From Fidelibacterota bacterium CG1_02_48_14 (GTDB lineage: Bacteria > Fidelibacterota > UBA8477): DNA of 41,838 nt. Shown piece after piece: positions 1-8,371 of this stretch. The stretch is from NCBI GenBank assembly GCA_001872685.1, contig MNWS01000079.1:575-42412 (forward strand). Reading direction: 5' to 3'. Every line of letters begins with the position of its first letter. The stretch's first letter is position 1. The notes beneath the pieces were generated by a model. The model was not told the origin of the DNA, searched no databases, and was given only the letters and a program-made list of their open reading frames with translations. A program made the translations under genes and the position numbers.

Positions 1-2
1 TG

Positions 3-839
3 CAAGACCATGGCTTCAAGGGGTTGGTGATTGCCACCGAAGCCACGCATTTCAGCGCAGGTGCCAATCTGAACATGATATTGGAAGCCGCGCAGCGCAA
101 AGATTGGGCGGCAATTGGTCAGATGAGTAAAGCCATGCAGGATGCCCTGCAGAAATTACGCTTCGCACCATTCCCGGTTGTGGCCGCGCCTCACGGCATG
201 GCATTGGGCGGGGGCTACGAAACCATCGGTGCGGTGGACCGAATCGTTGCGGCGGCCGAGCTTTACACCGGATTGGTAGAGGTCGGTGTTGGGCTGATCC
301 CGGGTGGTGGTGGCAATCTGCGCATGATCCTCCATCTCACAGACAAATTTGCCAAAGCTCGTACCGGTCCATTCCCGGTCGTTCAAAAGGCTTTCGAAGT
401 AATTGCCTTTGCCAAAGTCTCCTCCTCTGCGAAGGAGGCCGTGGCATTGGGTTACCTGACCAAATCTGATAAAATTGCCATTAATGGTGATCATCGGATT
501 GCGTTGGCCAAACAAGAAGCGCTGGAAATGGCTAAAACCTATCAACCACCGGAAATGCGCACCGATATTATGCTGCCGGGTGTTGGTGGAAGATTAGCCA
601 TCGAGAGTTCAGTCTTGGCCATGGTGAAAGCGTATCAGATTTCACCACACGATGCGAAAATCGCCGGTAAACTTGCCTATGTACTGACCGGTGGCGACAA
701 GGGTGGACCGACCTCACCGGTTGATGAACAGTATCTACTGGACATCGAGCGTGAAGCGTTTGTATCGCTGGTCGGTGAGCCCAAATCACAGGATCGAATT
801 GGTTTCATGCTGAAAAAGGGAAAACCACTGCGGAATTAA
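3..839 (+). CDS. Enoyl-CoA hydratase/isomerase (crotonase) domain. This is the 3' end of a FadN/FadB-type 3-hydroxyacyl-CoA dehydrogenase/enoyl-CoA hydratase gene cut by the window edge.
   Basis: The frame is open from the first bases of the window. Crotonase-fold motifs HGMALGGGYE and VEVGVGLIPGGGG are present. The stop at 837-839 is followed by a hairpin terminator. Confidence 0.8.
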   Translation, partial: QDHGFKGLVIATEATHFSAGANLNMILEAAQRKDWAAIGQMSKAMQDALQKLRFAPFPVVAAPHGMALGGGYETIGAVDRIVAAAELYTGLVEVGVGLIPGGGGNLRMILHLTDKFAKARTGPFPVVQKAFEVIAFAKVSSSAKEAVALGYLTKSDKIAINGDHRIALAKQEALEMAKTYQPPEMRTDIMLPGVGGRLAIESSVLAMVKAYQISPHDAKIAGKLAYVLTGGDKGGPTSPVDEQYLLDIEREAFVSLVGEPKSQDRIGFMLKKGKPLRN

Positions 840-883
840 TCCCACCGCAGGACGGTAGTCATTCCTTTTTCCTCCTCATGGAT

Positions 884-917
884 GAACGCCTCCCAGCCCA
901 GGGGGGCGTTCTTATTT
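884..917 (+). terminator. Rho-independent terminator candidate downstream of the hydratase gene
   Basis: GAACGCCTCCC (884-894) pairs with GGGGGGCGTTC (901-911) over 11 bp including one G-T pair. The loop is AGCCCA and a T-rich tail TTATTT follows. Confidence 0.55.
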
Positions 918-922
918 AGAGC

Positions 923-957
923 AAGAGGAAAGAGGAAAGAAAGAGAAAAAAAAGGGG
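923..957 (+). repeat. 35-nt uninterrupted polypurine tract (AAGAGGAAAGAGGAAAGAAAGAGAAAAAAAAGGGG) with two AGAGGAA units
   Basis: Read directly from the sequence. It lies in the 274-bp gap between two convergent genes. Confidence 0.9.
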
Positions 958-978
958 TAGGATCCGGTATCTTCTGTC

Positions 979-1028
979 ATGCCGAACTTGATTCGGCATC
1001 TGAGATTCCGAAATAAATTCGGGATGCC
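979..1028. repeat. Two overlapping, mutually exclusive inverted repeats (hairpin 979-999 and hairpin 995-1028)
   Basis: ATGCCGAA-CTTGA-TTCGGCAT forms an 8-bp stem. Alternatively GGCATC...CCGAA-ATAAA-TTCGG-GATGCC forms 6+5 bp with a 7-nt bulge. The two structures share nt 995-999. Confidence 0.5.
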
Positions 1029-1113
1029 ATTAATTATAGGCTCTATAGCTCTATCCAGAGCGCCCTTCGATGGGGCTCAGAGTGACACTCTGGGTGTGCC
1101 TCAAATCCAATGT

Positions 1114-1542
1114 TTAATAACTAAAAGTCTCCAGTTTCGTGAGTGGTAAATGAAATTGATACTCATGGTCTTCCATAGAAAATAAAAAATCACCACCAAT
1201 GCTAATGCCATCACCTTGTCCACCGAAATAACGGAAATTTTTCCGCGTAACAGCACCATTAATAATCTTGGTCCCGGTATTCATTTGAAAGGTCCCGCCT
1301 TCAAAAATCGGCGGAACCTCTTTTTTAAACGCCAAGGTGATCTGCAGTCTGGCATTTTGAAGGTCGGCAAACTGAAAAACACTTTTTGTAATGCCCGCCT
1401 GAGTGGCAGACGTTTGGTCAATCAATTTGAAATCAGTTATGTCACGCCCTGACCCATTAAGGATCGCGATTTCGGGATTTTGTTGGGTGCAGCCCATTAG
1501 AGCCATCATGACCATGAATGTCATTATAATTACTGGTTTCAT
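1114..1542 (-). CDS. Small lipoprotein of unknown function
   Basis: The internal ATG at 1542 gives MKPVIIMTFMVMMALMGC. That is a hydrophobic signal peptide ending in a lipobox-like LMGC. I recognise no catalytic motif. Confidence 0.6.
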   Translation of the reverse strand: MKPVIIMTFMVMMALMGCTQQNPEIAILNGSGRDITDFKLIDQTSATQAGITKSVFQFADLQNARLQITLAFKKEVPPIFEGGTFQMNTGTKIINGAVTRKNFRYFGGQGDGISIGGDFLFSMEDHEYQFHLPLTKLETFSY

Positions 1543-1631
1543 CCCGTGTGACTGAATCATTTCTATATTTCTCAAGCGAGCCTCCCTGGTGAATGGACCG
1601 AATATAAACGGTTGGATGCCATGTGTGCGTC

Positions 1632-1659
1632 TTGATGCCAACCATATTAAGACTATATT
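1632..1659 (+). promoter_or_regulatory. Sigma-70-like promoter candidate for the peroxiredoxin gene
   Basis: TTGATG (1632-1637), a 16-nt spacer, then TATATT (1654-1659), about 45 nt upstream of the ATG at 1704. This is a pattern match only. Confidence 0.25.
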
Positions 1660-1703
1660 CATCGCGTATAAATTGCGAACCATTTTTTGAAAGGATCGCC
1701 CAC

Positions 1704-2210
1704 ATGAAATTAATGAAACAGATCGGATTGACCCTTATGATAAGCTTGACTGCTTTGTTTGGCGGAGAAACGCTACAAGTTGGTGATAAAGCCCCTGATT
1801 TTAATCTCATGGGCGATGATAGTGTTAATCATCAGCTTACAGACTATCGGGGAAAGATCGTCGTCGTTTATTTTTACCCGAAAGATGACACGCCCGGTTG
1901 CACCAAAGAAGCCTGTGCGTTTCGCGATCAATATTCTGAATTTGAAAAACTGGGTGTGCCGGTATTGGGCATCAGTTACGATGGGCGGGATTCGCATATC
2001 GCCTTTAAAAAGAAGTATGATCTGCCCTTCACCTTGCTGACGGATGCGGATAAATCGGTGAGCGCAGCTTATGGCGTTCAGGGGATGTTCAGTGCTTCCC
2101 GTGAGACCTTCATCGTTGGTAAAGATGGGAAAATTGTAAAAATTTACCCCCAGGTCAGTGTCAGTGAGCATGCTGGTGAGATTCTGAAAGATTTGGCTGA
2201 AATGAAATAA
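1704..2210 (+). CDS. bcp: Thiol peroxidase / peroxiredoxin of the Bcp (AhpC/TSA) family with an N-terminal signal-like hydrophobic segment
   Basis: The motif FYPKDDTPGCTKEAC contains the peroxidatic Cys. GDKAPDF is present near the N-terminus. The start at MKLMKQIGLTLMISLTALFG was chosen within the longer ORF. Confidence 0.85.
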   Translation: MKLMKQIGLTLMISLTALFGGETLQVGDKAPDFNLMGDDSVNHQLTDYRGKIVVVYFYPKDDTPGCTKEACAFRDQYSEFEKLGVPVLGISYDGRDSHIAFKKKYDLPFTLLTDADKSVSAAYGVQGMFSASRETFIVGKDGKIVKIYPQVSVSEHAGEILKDLAEMK

Positions 2211-2254
2211 TCCGGGTTTGACACTTCCGGTCACTCCGGGTGATAATCTGCCAG

Positions 2255-2288
2255 AGCGGCGTCAGTTTTGATGCCGCTTTTAATTTTC
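2255..2288 (+). terminator. Hairpin terminator between the convergent bcp and PhyH genes
   Basis: AGCGGCGTCA (2255-2264) pairs with TGATGCCGCT (2269-2278) over 10 bp including one G-T pair. The loop is GTTT and TTTTAATTTT follows. Confidence 0.55.
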
Positions 2289-2297
2289 TTTGTTTTA

Positions 2298-3110
2298 CTA
2301 CACCAATTTGCTGGACAATATCGGATTCTTCACTGTACGAATCGGTTCGCCATCTGCCGTTCCGGCGGCACAATGATGACCAGCCATGTGTGAATGAGCA
2401 TTATACCGAACGCCATCCGGGAAGTAGATCACAGTCATGCCTTTGCGAATTTTGTCAGATTGATTTGGATCCGTGAAATGAACCGTCAGGCCGTGATGAA
2501 AGGTAGCATCTCCGGGCTTCAGATTAAAACCGACCCGATCCTGTTTAAAACCTTCAGGGATCTGTTCAAGAATCGGTGTATTTTCCCGAATTGTAAATTG
2601 ATCAATCTCCCAGTCAATTTTATGACTACCGGGCACGAATTGCATAGCGCCCATCTCCAGCGTCACCTCTTCCAGCGCAACCCAGATCGTACCGGCAATC
2701 CTGTCGAGCATGGGCCAGTACGCCATGTCAATGTGAGGATCAGTTCCCCTGCCACCCGGTTGTTTATAAAGCGCCTGATCGTGCCAGAGTCGAATATGAT
2801 CAGCCTGAAGTAAATCTCTGGCGATACCAGCCAGGCGAGAACTGCGCGTGAAGGCTTCAACTTCCGGAAATTCTGACCACAGATGACCACATTGCGTCAA
2901 TGCCTGTTCGTAAGGGGATTTTTCACTAAGCTGTCGGGTGTCATGTTTCGTACGCGCCTGTACCACCTCATCGATGACACGACGATAGGCGTCGGTTTCA
3001 TTTTGTGAGAGCACTTGGGGGAGATGGATAAACCCCTGTTCCTGAAAAATTTGAATCTGAGCAGGCTCGAGAAAATAGTCTTGAGTTAACGGTGGCAGAT
3101 TAGCAGTCAT
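2298..3110 (-). CDS. Phytanoyl-CoA dioxygenase (PhyH) family Fe(II)/2-oxoglutarate-dependent oxygenase
   Basis: The size, the N-terminal FxxxGFIHLPQVLS pattern and the HIDMAY...TFHHGLTVH His/Asp/His arrangement are typical of PhyH-family proteins. Confidence 0.75.
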   Translation of the reverse strand: MTANLPPLTQDYFLEPAQIQIFQEQGFIHLPQVLSQNETDAYRRVIDEVVQARTKHDTRQLSEKSPYEQALTQCGHLWSEFPEVEAFTRSSRLAGIARDLLQADHIRLWHDQALYKQPGGRGTDPHIDMAYWPMLDRIAGTIWVALEEVTLEMGAMQFVPGSHKIDWEIDQFTIRENTPILEQIPEGFKQDRVGFNLKPGDATFHHGLTVHFTDPNQSDKIRKGMTVIYFPDGVRYNAHSHMAGHHCAAGTADGEPIRTVKNPILSSKLV

Positions 3111-3249
3111 GGTCTCTCTTTTCTCGTTCCGGAACTAAGTTTTCAAAATTTCAGCATCGAAAGGGATTATACCCGCATGGATGCTCAATTGAAAAGTGCT
3201 TTTTGACGGACATTTCAGGAACTACCTTCGGCCGGTAAAAGGTGATCCA

Positions 3250-3630
3250 ATGATGCCATTCCATACTGTCCACACCAATAGAACGCTCGCATACCTCCGA
3301 TGGCTAAGGATGAATACACATTGGTGGCGCTATTTCAATGCCTCCGCCAGAAATCTCATGAAGTACCAGCGCATGCGAGCATTGCTCCTTTCTCATAACC
3401 ACTGGTATGCCAAATTCCCGACACATTTTCACTACGATGTGAGCCTGGATGAGTTTTACCGGTTTTTGGAACAAGCGCTGGACGAGTTTCAAATCCCCAG
3501 AACCATTCTGAGTGATTTCAGACGATATACGCGACAGACGGATGAACATCATCAACCGTTTCATCTTAAATCCTGCCAAACCGCCATCACCCCCCAAAAA
3601 GCACCAGGAATAGCGATTCTCAGAATCTAG
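3250..3630 (+). CDS. Hypothetical His/Trp/Tyr/Arg-rich protein (about 126 aa) directly upstream of the alpha-oxoamine synthase
   Basis: An AGGTGA-type RBS at 3240-3245 precedes ATGATG at 3250. It lies on the same strand, 48 nt before the next gene. I recognise no motif and it could be non-coding. Confidence 0.35.
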   Translation: MMPFHTVHTNRTLAYLRWLRMNTHWWRYFNASARNLMKYQRMRALLLSHNHWYAKFPTHFHYDVSLDEFYRFLEQALDEFQIPRTILSDFRRYTRQTDEHHQPFHLKSCQTAITPQKAPGIAILRI

Positions 3631-3678
3631 AAACAAACTCCAATTGTCGTTCACAGTCACTTGCACTTGGAGGAAATC

Positions 3679-4938
3679 ATGTTCCTGGAATTAACAGAAG
3701 TCGTCAGACAAAAATTTATTGCGACCACGCAGCGTCGCTTTTCACGGTATCCGGATGTGTTTACGAAAATGTATGATTTTACCAGGGCGAACACTGCCCG
3801 GGCATTTGGTTATTATCCCTATTTCCTGGCAATTGAGGAGACGGATGCCACCCACGTCACCCTCAATGGTCGTCCGGTGGTGATGCTTGGATCGAATAAT
3901 TATCTCGGACTCACCAACCACCCGGCTGTCATTGAAGCAGGCATTGATGCGTTGAAAAAATATGGGGCGGGACTCACGGGCAGTCGCCTTTTAAATGGAA
4001 ATACGGTTTTGCATGAGCAGTTGGAGGAGCGATTGGCTACCTTCGTCGGCAAAGAATCCGCGCTGGTCTTTTCAACCGGATTTGGTGTGAATTTGGGTGT
4101 CATTGCAGCCACTGTTGGACCGGGTGATCTCATTTTCACGGATGAGCTGAACCACGCTTCCATTGTTGACGGTATTCGGTTCAGCCGGGCGAATTCAATC
4201 AAATATCACCACAACGACATGGACGATCTTGCCCAAAAACTCGCAAATTGCGACCCCAACAAGGCTCGCATGATCGTAACCGATGGCATTTTCAGCATGG
4301 AAGGTGACATTGCAAAACTACCCATGCTGACGAATTTGGCTCATCGTTTCGGCGCCAGGATAATGGTAGACGATGCGCATGCTTTGGGTGTCCTGGGTCC
4401 GAATGGCGAAGGTACCGCCGCCCATTTAGGGTGTACACATGAAACGGATCTGATCATGGGTACCTTCAGCAAATCCCTGGCTGGTCTGGGTGGCTTCATT
4501 GCAGGCGAAAAAGTCGTGATTGACTATTTGAAACACCATGCTCGAACCATGATTTTCACAGCATCATTACCGCCAACGACCGTTGCTACCGTTCTAAAAG
4601 CTTTGGAGATTATCCAACAGGAGCCTGAGCGCCGTGTCCAGCTCTGGAACAATTGTCAGTACATTAATTCTGAGTTGCGCCGGATGGGATTTGATACCGG
4701 AGCCAGTGAAAGTCCCATTGTCCCCATCATCATCGGCGAAGATATGCGCACGTTTAATATGTGGCGGGCGTTACTGGAGGCCGGGGTCTATACGAATCCG
4801 GTGGTCTCACCGGCAGTTCCCAAAGGCCGCTCACTCCTGCGCACCAGCTATATGGCGACCCATACGCGTGAGCAATTGGATTTTTGTCTGGATGCATTTC
4901 ATCGGATAGGTCGTAAATACGGCCTCAACCAAGGCTGA
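3679..4938 (+). CDS. PLP-dependent alpha-oxoamine synthase, serine palmitoyltransferase-like (SPT/KBL/BioF family)
   Basis: GGAGG RBS followed by ATG at 3679. Motifs GSNNYLGL, DELNHASI, DDAHALG, the PLP-lysine motif GTFSKS, and FTASLPP. The N-terminal extension and C-terminal LLRTSYMATHT resemble bacterial SPT more than BioF. Confidence 0.85.
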   Translation: MFLELTEVVRQKFIATTQRRFSRYPDVFTKMYDFTRANTARAFGYYPYFLAIEETDATHVTLNGRPVVMLGSNNYLGLTNHPAVIEAGIDALKKYGAGLTGSRLLNGNTVLHEQLEERLATFVGKESALVFSTGFGVNLGVIAATVGPGDLIFTDELNHASIVDGIRFSRANSIKYHHNDMDDLAQKLANCDPNKARMIVTDGIFSMEGDIAKLPMLTNLAHRFGARIMVDDAHALGVLGPNGEGTAAHLGCTHETDLIMGTFSKSLAGLGGFIAGEKVVIDYLKHHARTMIFTASLPPTTVATVLKALEIIQQEPERRVQLWNNCQYINSELRRMGFDTGASESPIVPIIIGEDMRTFNMWRALLEAGVYTNPVVSPAVPKGRSLLRTSYMATHTREQLDFCLDAFHRIGRKYGLNQG

Positions 4939-5020
4939 TTCAGTGGTTGTTGACTGTCCGTTCAGACGCTCAGGCGGGCACCGGACAAATCAGAATTAGT
5001 AGGATGCGAAAATCGTTGAG

Positions 5021-6001
5021 ATGGTTATCTTCGCCACCGCTATGCAAAGAGCAGCAACCATCGATATAGGCTCCAATTCGGTAAAATACCTCGTTGTAGA
5101 ATATGACGAACAAAAGATCGTCGCCGTGCAGGAACGCGTGGAGATTACGCGACTCGGCGAGGGTCTCAGTACCACCGGAATATTGGCAGAAACAGCCATC
5201 CAACGGACAATTCGCCGTGTGCGACAGATGGTGCGTGACCTGAAGTCTCAGCAGGTCAATCCAATATTTATCGTAGGGACCATGGCGCTGCGAAGTGCGA
5301 AAAATGGCAGAGATTTCCACACGCAGATGCGGGCAGCCCACTTACCCCCGGTTAATGTTTTGGGCGGCGATGAAGAGGCGCGTCTCGGGCACTTAGCCGT
5401 CACCAGTACCTTGCAATTAGGATCGGGTAAAAAGAGCTATTGCATATTCGACACCGGTGGTGGCAGCACGGAGTTTACCTTCGGGCAAGGTAGTAGCATC
5501 ACGGATCGATTCAGTCTTCCGGTGGGCTTGGTGCCTTTAACTGAGAAATACCTTACTGCCGACCGGCCTCCTCGAAAAGCAGTCATGTCAGCCATGGACG
5601 AAGTTTTTGAATCCCTGAAAATGCTGGATGGTAAACAGACGGATACGCTGATCGGAATTGGGGGGACGGTAACCACCCTGGGCGCAACCCATATTGCCAT
5701 CGAACCTTATGACCCACGCAAAATTCATGGGATAAAACTTACGACTCAGGCTATCCAGGCGTTACGAGAACGCATTTTCCTGGTTAATCTGGAAGAGCGG
5801 AAACGCATTCCTGGTCTCGATCCTAAACGGGCGGATGTCATTATTGCGGGTGTTCTGATCACTCAGGTGATCATGGAAAAATTGAAACAGCCGGAGCTCG
5901 TTGTCAGTGATGCCGGTCTGCGTTTGGGCGTTTTGCTCGACCGGTTGAAATTAAATGGAAAGCCCTTCAGTTATTCAACTGAGTGGGAGTCCATCACCTA
6001 A
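5021..6001 (+). CDS. Ppx/GppA-family phosphatase (short exopolyphosphatase / guanosine pentaphosphate phosphohydrolase type, no HD extension)
   Basis: IDIGSNSVKYLV and FDTGGGSTEF are ASKHA-fold phosphate-binding motifs. The more likely start is the ATG at 5042 (MQRAATIDIGSNS). Confidence 0.85.
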   Translation: MVIFATAMQRAATIDIGSNSVKYLVVEYDEQKIVAVQERVEITRLGEGLSTTGILAETAIQRTIRRVRQMVRDLKSQQVNPIFIVGTMALRSAKNGRDFHTQMRAAHLPPVNVLGGDEEARLGHLAVTSTLQLGSGKKSYCIFDTGGGSTEFTFGQGSSITDRFSLPVGLVPLTEKYLTADRPPRKAVMSAMDEVFESLKMLDGKQTDTLIGIGGTVTTLGATHIAIEPYDPRKIHGIKLTTQAIQALRERIFLVNLEERKRIPGLDPKRADVIIAGVLITQVIMEKLKQPELVVSDAGLRLGVLLDRLKLNGKPFSYSTEWESIT

Positions 6002-6029
6002 ATGGATTTTTTTGAAAGGATAGAACGGG

Positions 6030-6674
6030 ATGCTCTCGCTGTTTAAAAAGACCAAAATGCTGGAAAATAAAATGGACGATTTTCTGGATCATACCAGCGA
6101 ATCCAGCATGGTATTCTATGAAGCCGTAAAGCATTATTTTTTAGGAACTGAAGCAGAATTCAAAAGTCAGGTTGCGAAAATTTACACGCTGGAACATGAG
6201 GCTGATACACTCCGGCGGGAAATTGAAAATCAGCTCTATACGGAGACATTGATCCCGGAATCTCGCGGAGATGTTTTGGCACTTTTGGAAAATACCGACA
6301 ATGTGATCAACCAGGTGAAGGGGACGATTGCGGACTTCGAGATTGAGCGTCCGGAAATTCCACCAGAGTACACTGATGGGTTTCTGAAGCTTACCGGTTT
6401 TTCCGGGCAGGCCGTAGACAAAATGGTCAAGTCAATCAGAGCCTTTATTCGTAATCCTCAAGGCGTGAAGGACTGGTTGCACAAAGTCTATTTTTACGAA
6501 AAAGAGGCTGACAATACGGCTGAAAATCTGAAGCGAAAAATTTTTCAGTCCGACCTGCCCCTGGCGCAAAAAAACCATATCCGATATTTCTTGCGTCAGA
6601 TTGATTCCGTTGCTGATCGTGCGGAAGATGTCGCCGACCGCCTGGCGATTTACACAATCAAGCGCAGTATTTAA
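6030..6674 (+). CDS. DUF47 / PhoU-like phosphate-transport accessory protein (TIGR00153-type)
   Basis: A helical protein of about 210 aa sitting immediately upstream of a PiT transporter, which is the classic DUF47-Pit pairing. It has the N-terminal LFKK pattern. Confidence 0.75.
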   Translation: MLSLFKKTKMLENKMDDFLDHTSESSMVFYEAVKHYFLGTEAEFKSQVAKIYTLEHEADTLRREIENQLYTETLIPESRGDVLALLENTDNVINQVKGTIADFEIERPEIPPEYTDGFLKLTGFSGQAVDKMVKSIRAFIRNPQGVKDWLHKVYFYEKEADNTAENLKRKIFQSDLPLAQKNHIRYFLRQIDSVADRAEDVADRLAIYTIKRSI

Positions 6675-6706
6675 CCTGAGATTAAATCAGAACAGAGTTT
6701 AGCTCT

Positions 6707-8182
6707 ATGTTGATCCTTTTTTACCTCTCCAGCGGACTATTTCTTGGGTGGTCCCTGGGGGCGAATGACGCTGCGAATGTTTTCGGTACCGCTGTCAGCA
6801 CCAAGATGGTGCGATTCAAAACAGCCGCCATCATCGCCAGCATTTTTGTTGTCCTCGGGGCTGTGAGTATGGGCGGCGGCGCCAGCGCCACCCTGGGGAA
6901 GCTGGGTGCGGTGGATATGATCGCAGGTGCTTTTGTGGTGGCATTATCCGCCGGATTTGTGGTGTACACCATGGTCAGACTCGGCCTCCCGGTGAGTACC
7001 TCCCAGGCTATAGTCGGTGCGATTATGGGCTGGAGTTTTTTCTCAGGGACGCTGGTTGACTATTCCGCATTAATAAAAATTGTCACAAGTTGGATTGCCG
7101 GTCCGATTCTGGCCATGATATTTTCGTTACTGATCTACTACATCTTTCAAAAACTAACGCAAAAAATCCATGTTCACATTTTCAGGATTGATCTTTACAC
7201 CCGGATTGGTCTGATCGTGGTAGGAGCTTTTGGCGCGTATTCCCTGGGTGCCAATAATGTTGCCAATGTCATGGGGGTGTTTGTTCCGGTTTCACCATTC
7301 AAAACCATCGACTTCTTTGGATTGATGCAATTCAATAGTACTCAACAATTGTTTTTACTGGGTGGATTGGCCATTGCGGTAGGCATTATGACCTATTCCG
7401 GGAAAGTGATGGAAACCGTCGGCGCTGGCATCGTCAAACTTACACCCCAAGCCGCGCTGGTGGTGGTGCTGGCACATAGTATTGTACTTTTTCTCTTTGC
7501 CAGTCAGGGATTACACGACTGGATGCGTTCATTGGGCTTACCCGGAATTCCCCTCGTTCCCATCTCCAGCAGCCAATTGGTGATCGGGGCAGTGGTGGGG
7601 ATCGGCATGGTTCATGGCGGACGAAATATTCAGTACGCTACATTGGTAAGAATTGGGCTGGGGTGGGTATATACGCCGGTTGCTGCGGCGTTGATCGCTT
7701 TTTTCGCGTTATTTTTTATGCAAAATGTCTTTTCTCAACCGGTCCACCAACAGGTGCCGTTTGAGTTTTCACTTGAGGTTCGGGACAAACTCAACGAAAA
7801 ATCTATCACCATCCCGAAGTCACTTTGGAAATACCAGTACCCAACAGCGGTTGCATGCAGGCGTGCTCTGCTAGATGAAGCTTCTATGGATCATTCGGAA
7901 CTTGCAATCGTCATGGAATATGCCAAAGTGGAGCTATTGAAATTACAGGATCCTGAGCGTTTTGTCCAGGCAGCAGTGAAGGATTTGACACCAGAACAGA
8001 TTAATGCTGTTGTCGCACTGGAGGGCGAAACCTACCGGCATCGCTGGCAATTGGGCGAGGCATTACGCGCTGAATCTGATTCCTGGCAGATTACGGATCC
8101 GGGTCAAACTAGCCAGCGTGAAAACGAATTGAATTTGGTCTGTGAAATTATCCATCGGCAAATGAATCTGAAATCGCCCTAA
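6707..8182 (+). CDS. pit: Inorganic phosphate transporter, PiT (PHO4) family, with a soluble C-terminal extension of about 150 aa
   Basis: Two PHO4 signature repeats, GANDAANVFGTAV and GANNVANVMGV. Multiple TM helices end near nt 7735. The remainder is hydrophilic. Confidence 0.9.
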   Translation: MLILFYLSSGLFLGWSLGANDAANVFGTAVSTKMVRFKTAAIIASIFVVLGAVSMGGGASATLGKLGAVDMIAGAFVVALSAGFVVYTMVRLGLPVSTSQAIVGAIMGWSFFSGTLVDYSALIKIVTSWIAGPILAMIFSLLIYYIFQKLTQKIHVHIFRIDLYTRIGLIVVGAFGAYSLGANNVANVMGVFVPVSPFKTIDFFGLMQFNSTQQLFLLGGLAIAVGIMTYSGKVMETVGAGIVKLTPQAALVVVLAHSIVLFLFASQGLHDWMRSLGLPGIPLVPISSSQLVIGAVVGIGMVHGGRNIQYATLVRIGLGWVYTPVAAALIAFFALFFMQNVFSQPVHQQVPFEFSLEVRDKLNEKSITIPKSLWKYQYPTAVACRRALLDEASMDHSELAIVMEYAKVELLKLQDPERFVQAAVKDLTPEQINAVVALEGETYRHRWQLGEALRAESDSWQITDPGQTSQRENELNLVCEIIHRQMNLKSP

Positions 8183-8371
8183 ATTCGGTTCATGTTTACG
8201 ACCTTATTATTAAGGGGAATTCCGCGGGAAACCTGATAAATATCCCAGAATTAGTGAATATCCCGGTGCCATTATCATTAAAAGCCATTATATTGTCCCA
8301 CAGCACGACAGCGGATACAAATTCGAGAGCGACATGAAACGAGTGGTAAAAATGACCGTTGTGACCGGGAA

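Noticed and set aside
3178-3193. A sigma-54-like element, TGGATG-N5-TTGAA, upstream of the hypothetical ORF and the SPT-like gene
   Set aside because: The nearly invariant C of the -12 GC is an A here, so this is probably a chance match.
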